From Balanoglossus misakiensis (Eukaryota; Animalia; Hemichordata): 64,000 bases of DNA. The stretch is from the NCBI GenBank assembly GCA_040954595.2, contig CM082578.2:11105166-11169165 (forward strand). The letters run 5' to 3'. The notes under the pieces were generated by a model. The model saw only the letters and a list, made by a program, of their open reading frames with translations. It made no database searches and had not been told where the DNA came from. Below are positions 11,001 to 20,400 of the stretch, piece after piece. How positions within the stretch are numbered: position 1 is the stretch's first letter; every line of letters starts with the position of its first letter. Made by a program: the position numbers and the translations under genes.

Positions 11001-14000
11001 CGGTTCTGTCTGTTGCAAGACAATCTGTAAACACCCTGACCAACAACGTCAACTGGAGCACCCTCCCCCAGTCTACTGGGGGAAAAATCGAACTAATTTT
11101 GTTGTCTATGTCTTGTATCGCAGGAATTTCCCACGCAGACGAACAGTACACGCGAGTTCAACTACTCGAACTCCGACCTGGTGGAGACATACACAGTCAT
11201 CGACAGTGACATCGATGTCACTTACGTGGATGAAACGTCGTACCGGCCCGTCGACCCGACACTTCAGGACCTCGTCCAAAGGCAACAGGAGATGGAAGAT
11301 CGCCTGGTTTCCCTCATCGAGGCAAAGTTCCGCGAAATCGACGAGTCCCTGAAAGGAGTCAAAGGCGAGGACGAGCAGGAGGCGGCGCCGAGACGATCGC
11401 GACGTGCTGTCCGTCGGCTGCCCAAGCGACCGACCACGGGCGAGGGCATCGCCAGCGGCAATTCGACGTCGGACGGGCTGCTGTCCAGACTGGACCCGCT
11501 GCACCCCATTCTGGTGGCCGACGGCATCTTCGCTTTCGCCAAGGTGCTCAGTTTCCTCCGCGTCATACGCCTCACCGTCGTCCACCTCCAGGTCGGTCCC
11601 ATGCAAATATCGCTGGGGAGGATGACCTATGACATTGTCCGGTTTCTCACCATCTTCTCCCTGGTCTGGTTTGCATTCTCCGTCGGTCTCAACCAGCTCT
11701 ACTCGCACTACACCGACAGCAACGTCATACCCTGTGCCTGGGAAGGCACCGGCAACAAGTGTAATCCTCCGCCGTATGGAAGGTATGTCCACGTATAATC
11801 AACACGTTCCATGATTTTTGAAGAAGTGCAATCTGTAGTCTGTTGGCTAATACACCGCCAATTGTCATAGACTAATAAGTTAACACAGAATTTCATCGTT
11901 CGCCTAACAAAATATATTTCTTTTCATCTTTCAGCGTTGGACAGGCGCTTCTGACTCTATTTTGGACTCTGTTTGGCGTGTCAGACCTGTCCAGTTTGAA
12001 GATTATCGGCATGAACCACTGGTTTACTGAGATGATGGGGCAGATACTCTACGCCCTGTATCACGTGATCGCCATCGTGGTGTTGCTGAACATCCTGATC
12101 GCCATGATGAGCAATACGTATTCACGAATCGAGGTAGGTTCTTGAGAGAGTAATCTGTTTACATCATGAGACAACTTATGACTGGGTTATTGATCAGATC
12201 ATGTTGTGACAATGAATCGTTATTATTTTATTTTGCGTGTTCATGAACGAATTCATGTATTTAGAAAAGAGTGTAATTTGTTCATTTTGAATTTTCAATG
12301 TGTCTATTTAGACCAGCCTTTTGATGAAACACGTCGCACCATTATAAGAAATCCGATAAGCCTTTGATATCAGTATTTTTAAAATATAAGTTGGTTTTAG
12401 GCCTGTCTGAAAAGCAGCGGATCAGACATAGGGAACTAATATCTTTAAGTGGTTCAGGGACATTGTCCATGGCAAATTCGAAGTAAACTGTGTATGTGTG
12501 GCAGAGAAAGGCTTAAATGAATTATGCAATTACCGCGAACGTACATGTACAATGGCGAGCAGGACGATGTATCTTTCTGCTTTCATTTTCTTTTACGATG
12601 AATATATTTCAAAAACCGAGCTAACTCCCTACTGTCCGTTCATTGCTGTGGTGAGCACGAATTTATCACCACCAGGCGATATGCTGCGCTATTATTCTTT
12701 TGTTGTGAATTCGCTCGCCTCCATGCATGTCCAACATCGCCTTTGGCTATTGAAGCTATAATTGCTCAAAGAGGTCATAATTGTGGAGTTAATACAAGTA
12801 ATGTGTGGTGATGGTTCTGTGCGATTTATGGAAACCATCTATAGCACTTTTGTCTCCGTGCTTCAGTGAAAAGCTAGAAGTGTTGATTCGCCCTTCACCT
12901 GCAATAAAAGAAATGACACTCAGGAAGCGTGCATTGTTTCGTAAATTGTAAATTTGTTTCGCCACATTGCCCTACACCAACAGGCAGACGCGGACATCGA
13001 GTGGAAGTACTCGAGATCTCGACTGTGGCTCAGTTACTACGACAAGATGTCGGTGCTAGCGCCGCCGTTCAACATGTTTCCAACCTGGGACACGTTCAAG
13101 AAGCTGACCCGGTTACTGAAGCGTAAACTGAATGGTAATTCCGTGGAGAGGAAAAAGGTAAAGAAACTAATCTAAACGCAAGAACACAATCGCTCTTAAT
13201 AGATAATTAAGTTTCCTTGACTACATGCCATTTAATCTTCCTAATTGCGTTTAGTAAATGCTGCAAAATACAATCATGAAAAGGTCTTCCTTGATATTGC
13301 TGTTGGTGTACCCTGCAGATCTTACTATATACGGGGTCCGGATACGTATTTGGTGCAAACTGACATTATTATTACAATTACAATTATTCCTATTATTTAT
13401 CTCTTTTATTAAATTATTATTTTTTATCATGATCATCATGATCATGATGATGATGATCATCATCATCATCATAGTGCGCAAATATAATGTTTGAATACTG
13501 TTATCATAATTGCCTATTTTCGTTTACCTATACCTGAACTCTCCTTCCTATTTACACACGGGATAAAACTATCGACACTACTGACTATAACCTGCGCAGC
13601 CACTTTGGCAGGTCATGCACGGCTGAAACCCTATTGTTTGCACTAATTACCCAAACAAGCAGCCATGGAGTTGATCTGCTCACACATTTACCGAATCATC
13701 AGCAATTCGACGTGCGACAAATTGCTATACGTGTTATTCGGCACATCACGATTGATGACATTGACGCCATTAGTTCATTGCGACATTGGGGCGAGTCACA
13801 AGGTCATATTCTATACAAATGATTAAGTTGATTATTTTAATTGTGTTCTGTTTGAACAGAGGAAACGGAGCCACATTGAAAGGAAGAACAAAGAATACAC
13901 GGTGTGTATAGTCTTACATTCGTTCACAGCTAATCCGTGGGGAAATTTCCCTAATATAAAGCAACAAGGATTTTTGGGGGGGGAGATGTATTTTCATCAG

Positions 14001-14779
14001 TCATGATACTGCTCAGTTTTCTGTCAGATTAAACGCGTGTATTCCTTAATATAAGGGTGGAACTTAATTGATGGACCGGCCATGCAGACAGGAATCGATC
14101 CTTTTCACAATTTAAGCCAATAAAAATTGGGAAAGTTATGTCTTGGGTGATATAATATGTAAAGGGGCGAAGGTTATGTACAATGTACTTCGAGGATGAC
14201 GTCAATCTTCGCATGATGAATTTTACAGACGTGTGCGCATGCATGCACTTGGGATTTGCATCTACGCGATTTTGTTCGGTGCGGAATAATTATAGAATGC
14301 TGTTTTTTTATATATATTTGTTTGTATAATTGTTTGTTTGTTTGTTTGTTTGTTTGTTTGTTTGTTTGTTTGTTTGTTTGCAGGATCTGGTGCAGCAGCT
14401 AGTGCAGCGATACTTCTTCCAGAGAAAACGTGTCCTCGACGACGACGACTGGGCCACTGGACCGGAGCAGTATGTCTCCCAACTCAAGATGGACATGTCC
14501 AACTTCAAGTACGACCTGCTGCAGAGCATGACGGTGATGGACAACCGGATGACGGAGATCCAAGAGCAGCTGGACACCGAGAGGTCGGAGCGCGGCAACC
14601 CGGGCACCGAGATCGAACATGCCCTGCGGAACTACGTGAAGGACCCGCGTAACCTGAGGTCCACGCAGCCGCTCACCCAGCAGACCCTGATGGACATCGG
14701 CGTCATACACCGACCGCTGCGCTACGCCGACAGGGAAGCGGCGTCCGAAGAGTATGCGTCCGAAGAGGAGGCGCTGTAG
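1919..14779 (+). CDS. TRPC: TRPC-family (canonical transient receptor potential) cation channel, 5'-partial; join(<1919..2046,2205..2696,2875..3280,10247..10389,11124..11782,11935..12133,12984..13157,13860..13901,14384..14779), ~879 aa visible
   Basis: All nine exons have AG/GT boundaries with compatible phases and give one stop-free frame. TRPC hallmarks occur in the correct order: ankyrin (LVKILL...DALLHA; HPDITPVVLAGHHNNYDILK), RINVYRAL...DPISRAFDLS...EFRQQY, FVAHPHCQQ, S1-S6, pore LFWTLFG, S6 VVLLNILIAMMSNTY, TRP box EWKYSR...LAPPFN, rib helix LVQRY. The symbol is family-level only. Confidence 0.95.
2205..2696 (+). CDS. TRPC: TRPC visible exon 2 (last ankyrin repeat and linker helices)
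   Basis: Acceptor tcag|GAG, donor CAG|gtgggc; encodes EIHPDITPVVLAGHHNNYDILKTLL...RINVYRAL...DPISRAF...CEKFAADLLGQVR...ALRYDQKQ. Confidence 0.95.
2875..3280 (+). CDS. TRPC: TRPC visible exon 3 (pre-S1 elbow, S1, S1-S2 loop with NES/NVT sequons, start of S2)
   Basis: Acceptor ttgacag|TTC, donor G|gtaagc; FVAHPHCQQHLIELWYRGLP...IPYLRFVCNLASSMTFLVFL. Confidence 0.95.
3506..3690. repeat. Left subterminal repeat array of the CACTA-ended element (TGGCGCGCT, GCTTGCT and GGGCCC motifs)
   Basis: Multiple copies of short CG-rich motifs directly inside the TIR; the same motifs occur inverted at the right end. Confidence 0.8.
6595..7605 (+). pseudogene. BEN-domain protein gene (Pro/Thr-rich linker + C-terminal BEN domain), interrupted at ~7131-7522 by an insertion
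   Basis: ORF 6546-7163 ends in SIGNFAKNLVFMVYSPSERAGRNCTG...KLSPRRLKKV...FRKY. The missing BEN C-terminal helix (ERDVWSKQCIKAIDKALRR*) resumes after the insertion, with a stop at 7603-7605. Putative acceptor acag at 6591-6594; AATAAA at 7749. Domain recognised by eye. Confidence 0.75.
7131..7522. mobile_element. 392-bp non-autonomous element with two adjacent inverted-repeat pairs (Crypton-like architecture), nested in the BEN gene
   Basis: ~75-bp imperfect IR at 7135-7210 / 7222-7296, followed by a perfect 12-bp IR ATTATATTACCA (7298-7309) / TGGTAATATAAT (7511-7522). It separates the two halves of one protein domain; no long TSD. Confidence 0.7.
8817..8997. repeat. Right subterminal repeat array of the CACTA-ended element (GCAAGCC, GCGCGCCAGG motifs)
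   Basis: Reverse complements of the left-end motifs, repeated several times directly inside the right TIR. Confidence 0.8.
10247..10389 (+). CDS. TRPC: TRPC visible exon 4 (end of S2, S2-S3 linker, S3)
   Basis: Acceptor ttgtag|GA (phase 1, matching the previous exon), donor TCG|gtgaga; GYTWFEIQDIVKYG...WKLLDYMMLTMY...LRIV. Confidence 0.92.
11124..11782 (+). CDS. TRPC: TRPC visible exon 5 (long S3-S4 loop, S4, S4-S5 linker, S5, pore turret)
   Basis: Acceptor cgcag|GAA, donor AG|gtatgt; LDPLHPILVADGIFAFAKVLSFLR...VGPMQISLGRMTYDIVRFL...AFSVGLNQLYSHY. Confidence 0.93.
11935..12133 (+). CDS. TRPC: TRPC visible exon 6 (pore helix, filter, S6); absent from the supplied ORF track
   Basis: Acceptor tttcag|C (phase 2), donor GAG|gtaggt; hand translation SVGQALLTLFWTLFGVSDL...FTEMMGQILYALYHVIAIVVLLNILIAMMSNTYSRIE. 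Confidence 0.96.
12984..13157 (+). CDS. TRPC: TRPC visible exon 7 (TRP box and proline-rich box 2)
   Basis: Acceptor aacag|GCA, donor AAG|gtaaag; ADADIEWKYSRSRLWLSYYDKMSVLAPPFNMFP. Confidence 0.93.
13426..13472. repeat. (ATG)n/(CAT)n compound microsatellite containing a 26-bp perfect palindrome (13444-13469)
   Basis: ATGATGATGATGATCATCATCATCAT read directly. Confidence 0.85.
13860..13901 (+). CDS. TRPC: TRPC 42-bp microexon (RKRSHIERKNKEYT)
   Basis: Acceptor gttctgtttgaacag|, donor ACG|gtgtgt, phase 0/0, purine-rich; supplies the Tyr of the TRPC rib-helix motif (EYTDLVQQLVQRY). Confidence 0.7.
14330..14380. repeat. (TTTG)n microsatellite, ~12 units, directly upstream of the last TRPC acceptor
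   Basis: Directly visible; ends at cag| 14381-14383. Confidence 0.95.
14384..14779 (+). CDS. TRPC: TRPC terminal coding exon (rib helix, C-terminal coiled coil, tail ...EEEAL*)
   Basis: Acceptor gcag|GAT; DLVQQLVQRYF...QLKMDMSNFKYDLL resembles the TRPC 'ELKQDISSFRYEL' coiled coil; TAG at 14777-14779. Confidence 0.93.
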   Translation, partial: DLVQQLVQRYFFQRKRVLDDDDWATGPEQYVSQLKMDMSNFKYDLLQSMTVMDNRMTEIQEQLDTERSERGNPGTEIEHALRNYVKDPRNLRSTQPLTQQTLMDIGVIHRPLRYADREAASEEYASEEEAL

Positions 14780-15254
14780 GGAAGGCGGGAATGAAGACAA
14801 TCAGCGTTCGAGCCAACGTACCAATTCCAGAACAGCTGAACTTTAGAAAGTTGTCCGATGCGTGAACGATGGATATGACTGCTCAAGCGTCTATGAATAA
14901 TCCTGGCATACTGTAAGGAATTTGTAATAGCGCTTGAGTAAATATCACTTCACGTTTCTGTGGCGGCGAAAGACTATTATTGTTCCCAATGGCTCAACTG
15001 CAGGATTCGCTTCTGTTTTATCGACTTTGATCGTCAACAGGAATGCCACTGGACATAGCAGGGGACGTGGTTTGCGCCGATTGGCTCATTGAGATACATG
15101 TACAGCAGACCATGTTTGGTTCAACAGGTGGCATTGTACCATTCAGACAATTGAAAGGGAAGGTGACGTCATGCCCTGTTTCAGACAAGACGAGGGAGTG
15201 TCGTCCTGGCATTAGACAGTGACTTGGCTGTGGTACACCAAACATAAAGCGTGA

Positions 15255-15260
15255 AATAAA
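15255..15260 (+). terminator. Candidate polyadenylation signal of the TRPC gene
   Basis: First AATAAA I found after the stop (~480 nt downstream), followed by T/GT-rich sequence at ~15300-15325. Confidence 0.45.
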
Positions 15261-16699
15261 GTAGCTCAATCGAGTACAGCTACATGTACATGTATCAAGT
15301 TTATTTATGTGCAGTGTATTTTCAGCTGCCCATGAAGTAGTAATTATATGTGTATCTGTGACGGGGCCAAAGTTACAGTCAATATTATCATTTAGTTCCT
15401 TCGTTAAAATCCTGCTTACAGGGGTTCGAAATTTTATTTCAATGCATATATCAGTGAGCCAGTCATGGGATGGGCGGGGATAGAGCAGTAGGCGAAGTGC
15501 AGTGTTTTGAACAATTCCTTGTGTTGTCTGAAGTCATAGCAAATAGATGAATACCACCCTTACCTTCATAGTTGTGCAAAATAGGCTAAGCTTTGAAGGA
15601 GTTTGTAGAAGTTTGACGGCGAAAGGAATTCCAACGGTGCTGTTTGACCCATGACTGGATTCATCGTAAGCGGCCTTTGTTTCTCCCAAAGGTCACGGGA
15701 CCGGAAGATTCTTTCCCGTGATTCAAAGTACACCGCCATTGTGAGGTCAAGCCCTAAAGGGAAATATTTTAAACGGTTTTAGAGAGGACGGGTTTCCTGT
15801 GAATTGCAAAACGACGTGTATTTTTTTCTGGCTGACTGGGCCAAATGGGGGAATTAGCATCTTGTACTATCTATTTCCATAGATATAAACATTATATCTT
15901 TCACTGTGCACGGAAAACAAAGGGTCGACTGTGCGTACCTTATGTCCCTTTAATTAGTTAATATAAAAGTACACCCGTCCATTTCTGCATGGGCGCAATA
16001 CATTTTTTTCATTATGGTCGTAGCGGGCGCATGCACTTACCTGCGCTCTACATCAGAAGAGATAACGGATAATAAAGTTTTCAGGGGTGCGTTGTTTACA
16101 GGGATTTTTTAGTTTTTTTTAAATAAATAATTCGAAGGGGTTCTCCATTTAAAGTAAGATACACTTGATTTATGCAAGTGATTTTCGCGGGTTCTTTTCA
16201 AAGTTGTCGAAATTTCTGCAGTCTTAAAGTTCCTAGTTCTTCACCTTGACTTTGTGTGCACAGGCCCTGTATTGGTTTTAAATATATATTGAAATAAATT
16301 CAACGTTTCAATATTCAAAGTGGCCATGGAGACACGGTTATTCTTCGTTGCTGCAAGGCAGGGATGTGACGGGCACAAGCGTTTATTTGAGAGATTCTCT
16401 TCGGGGATGTTTAGGTGTTGTTCAGCTTTGCAACCTAAAAGTTTAACTCCGAGACGAGGATCACAGTGGCGCCTCGGTGGATCTCGATGTAAATAGCAGA
16501 TTCCCCCTTCCCCTCCCCCCAAGAGCTTATTACAATGGCTTCCTGGGTCACACGGCGGGGCTAATTTTTCAAATCAGCAAAAAAAAAAAAAAAACAAAAA
16601 CGGTCAACTGAAAACAAACCCACTTCTGTGGCATAATTGCTCGACATCATTAAACCACCACACTCGATCTTTCGGTCGACTTCCCAAAGCTGATAGCAT

Positions 16700-17494
16700 T
16701 TGTCGGCCACGCACAAGCCATTGGCGCCATTTTAAAGGCTGAGTCGGTTATTGTTCCATCCGTCAGCTGAAATATGCCCATCACTCGTTAACCCTTACAA
16801 GTTAAATCTGGCTTACATAAAGACTGCATGAACAGGTGGATTTTCTATCAAAATGGACGACAACTCCGTCACGGTCTGTTGTGTCATCAAACGTAGTGAT
16901 CTTATATAATAAATGTACATGTAGCGGCTCCAGCAAGCAGCTGCAGCTTTGTGGATTTTCAATAAGCACACACCACCACACGTGCTTCTGCGTTCATTTC
17001 AAGTACCCGCCACTGAGAGCCACTCCAGCAACGGCTGCCCGACAGAAGACAGCGATGTTTATAGGTTATGCACTGTTTACGTCACACGCATGTATTAGCA
17101 TAGAGCACATTAAAATCGGGACAGCCACAGACGGCCACCACAGAAAAAGCCAGGTCTTTGGGAAATTCTCCCGCGATTTCCGTGTTTGCGGTTGACAAGA
17201 GAGAATACAGCACTGTGTGATTTTCTGCTAAAGATTACATACGACAAACCATCGGGCCGGTGTCTGTTTTGTGGTTTACGCCGCGAATACTTTAACCGAA
17301 TCGGGACAGGTGTTGTGCGCTCCACGGAGTGGTGTGTTGTTGTGTCCAATCTACATAATCGCCGCTCGCTCTCTGCCTGGCGACGTGACTGTTTTGCAAG
17401 TTCTGCACAAATCTTCGGCAGATGACGCTGCCCGTCTTATCTCTCCTGGAAGCTGCTTTCTTGGCGGACAAATAAGTTTCCCATCAATGTAAGT
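16700..17494 (+). promoter_or_regulatory. Possible promoter and non-coding first exon of a downstream gene
   Basis: YY1-like CGCCATTTT at 16725-16733, CpG-rich segment 17110-17480, consensus donor gtaagt at 17489-17494 followed by T-rich sequence; no downstream exon identified. Confidence 0.2.
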
Positions 17495-20400
17495 ATCCCT
17501 TTTTCGGTTTTCACGCAAGGTTAGGCATCACGGTTAATCCCAGACGGAATCATTACCCTTTTTTTCTTATATGTTGGTGCATTGCGCTGAACGTGTTCGC
17601 GTGAAGCTGCAAGCAAGGGTCACGTCTGGACATATTTTCTGACGAAAATTTATGACCAGAGCGCGCGCATCTGTGCTGTAATCGATTTGATTGTGTTACT
17701 GTGTTGCACGGGATTCGATCATACTTGTATTGTAAGGGATTTAATTGGAATGAACCTACCGAAGAAAAGGGTACTACTAGTAGTGTGCGATGCCTGGCAG
17801 CTGATTGCGCTGTTTGTTTTGGCTTGAACTTTCCCCGCTATTGCTAGCGACATTTTACGCTAATTCGACGTGGTTACAATTCATTAAACTTAGACAGGGT
17901 ATATAAGGTGAAAATTCCATGGCCCCACGGCGCACGCAGGTATAGGCCTAATACAGTAATTCCAGTAGGGCACCGCGCCGCCAGCTTGTTAACATACAGA
18001 AATACAACCTTGATTCTCAGTCTGTTCGCTCGTAAACATCCATTGATATCTTTCCATTCCAAACAGACAACCCGTGGCAGACCTCATTGTGCGCGCACAC
18101 ACACAAGTCATGAGTGCAAACACCTCACTTCGAAACATGTTCACTGAAGCACACTTGAAGAAAAAAAGGACCCGAAGTGGCCGGGTTTCGGGTTGTTTTA
18201 CTATGAAAATTCTGTTACATTTGCGAGCAGCGTGATTTATCGCCGGTGAGTCAAGTCACGCCATTAAAACGTGCGTTGAGTTGATAATCCGACAGGCCGC
18301 TTTTTTGAGTGCAAATCAATTTTTAGGTGATAAACGGCAACGGTTGAAACGGTGCGCATCTCACGTAATTAGCGCGCTCACGAGTATTTCAAAACGGAGA
18401 GAGATATTTGCCTTTCCATCATTTACGATGACGAGCGAGCGCAATGCTTGTCCAGACAGGGTAGAGCGTCGCAATGTGTGATGACATCATGCAACTCGGG
18501 GGAATTTGTGTCTTGAAAACGGCGTTAATATAATTATCACCTCGCACAACTGAGAAGACTGTTCTTGTCGGAGAATTCCCGCCACAAATGTGATCTGACA
18601 TCGGTGACGGTGGCAATACACGACCATAATTAAAATTCATTAAAGCCGCGTGGTCCCGCACCAAGGTATCGGACAAGAAGCCTCTTTCGTAGATCCCCAA
18701 ATCAGCGTCTATAGTCAACTAACCACATGTTCCCCCATAAAATGTAAACTTGGGAATCACCCCAAAGACACAGATCCGACATAAGAGAAATTGTCCCATT
18801 TGGACACCGTCATGACTTAGGAATATCACCGAGTTAAAACGGCAGTAAAGTGTACTTTAGAAAAGTTGTCTCCTTTTTTATCATTTATTCTATAATACCC
18901 TCAGAGCGAAATCGCTATTAGTGTTATAGCACAATTCGTGTTTTTGTCTCTGCAGCCGATGAATCCGTCGGGCTGCGCAGATGAGTAGTTTAGTATCTAA
19001 TTGCACCTGATGGCTTCGTTCTCAAGGGCTGCTTATTGTGGCTATTTTACACTCGGCATCACTAATACCGTTACAATAAACACTTGATGAATACTGACAA
19101 CGACTCCCCGCTAGATTTTTTTTCTCCCTACTAAGAATAATCTAGCAGACATCGAGAAAGCAAACTTTGCAATCCGTCTTGATGGGCTCGTATCGAGGTT
19201 TCCATAAGAGCCGTCGGTTTCCCTGCCAACGAAGAAGACGCCGGACCGCGGGGGGTTTCAGTTCGGAGTGTTTTGCAAAGGTGAGGGGCACCACTCGCGT
19301 ATACTACTCAGAAAAGTACATTTCAGCCAGATGTAGGGGCAATGTTCGCAGCAACACCATATATGGGAACAGCTTGGTAGCGATTTGTGCCACGTGATAG
19401 CATACAGTCATAAACTTTCACATCCAATGGACATTTCCTGATTTCTTTGTTTCCTTGGGTCTATTTGATCTGCGCATCAACCACTTTCCTGTACTCCGTT
19501 TTAGTGGAAATTCCGACCGCATTTGCGAACCGTGCATTGTTATCGCAGAAATCTAGAGTTGGGCTCGGATTTTAAGTTCACTTGAGTCTAACGTTCATTG
19601 ATTCACTATCTTCAAGTAAAGATAGCGCATGTCCTTAACTCAGGGGCGCGCCACAACCCGTGTGATAAGCAGATTAACTCGCCAGTACATCGATATATAA
19701 TAAACTACAGTTATCACAATGGATCACCCATCGCTTTCATGTTTTAGGCGTGAGCGTTCCCGATCGCTATCGTCGTCACTCGGTTTTCAGTGCAAGATAA
19801 GTCACGTTCAATACTATCAGTCACAGAACACGGTCTTTTTTATGTTTTCGCAATTTGTAATCCGCGCTTTTCTCGTGCCTGGCGCGATGCCACGACAATA
19901 CACTTGCCAAGTCTGGTTTTTTCCTTATGAAGACCGGAAATTGGAAATGCACAATGATGCGCACTAATCTTACCGAGCCTGCCAACGCGTCCCCCGCCTA
20001 CACTGATAGCGAGCTTGCCAGTCAGACAGTCTACCCCGGGAGAGAGTAAGCTTGCGTAAAGCGCCCAGCCCCGAAGCGTTCAATAATGATTGAAATGCCA
20101 AACGGTAAAATCATATCACCGTCTTCAATCTTGGTACCCATCTGCGCACTCAAGAAGACTCCGTACCGCTCGTTCTCTTGCCCCTTTCCCCCTCTAGTTT
20201 GAATTTTAAACTCGACCAAGGAACAAGCGCCACAGAGGACACTGCAAGCGACAGCAACTCAAGCAGTTGCGGATAGAAATCTAGGGAGTCTGAGCCACAG
20301 GGTTTATTTGAGCAGTCTACAATCAGCAAGGTTTACAGCCGGTTTTGAGAGGCAGTAAAACACGGCAGCAATCTTTCATTTGCATCCAATCAAATAAAAT

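Noticed and set aside
13135-13140. Alternative donor gtaatt within TRPC exon 7
   Set aside because: Phase 1, so it would frameshift both downstream exons
15450-15668. Inverted repeat CCAGTCATGGG / CCCATGACTGG suggesting a MITE
   Set aside because: Only 11 bp perfect and no clear TSD
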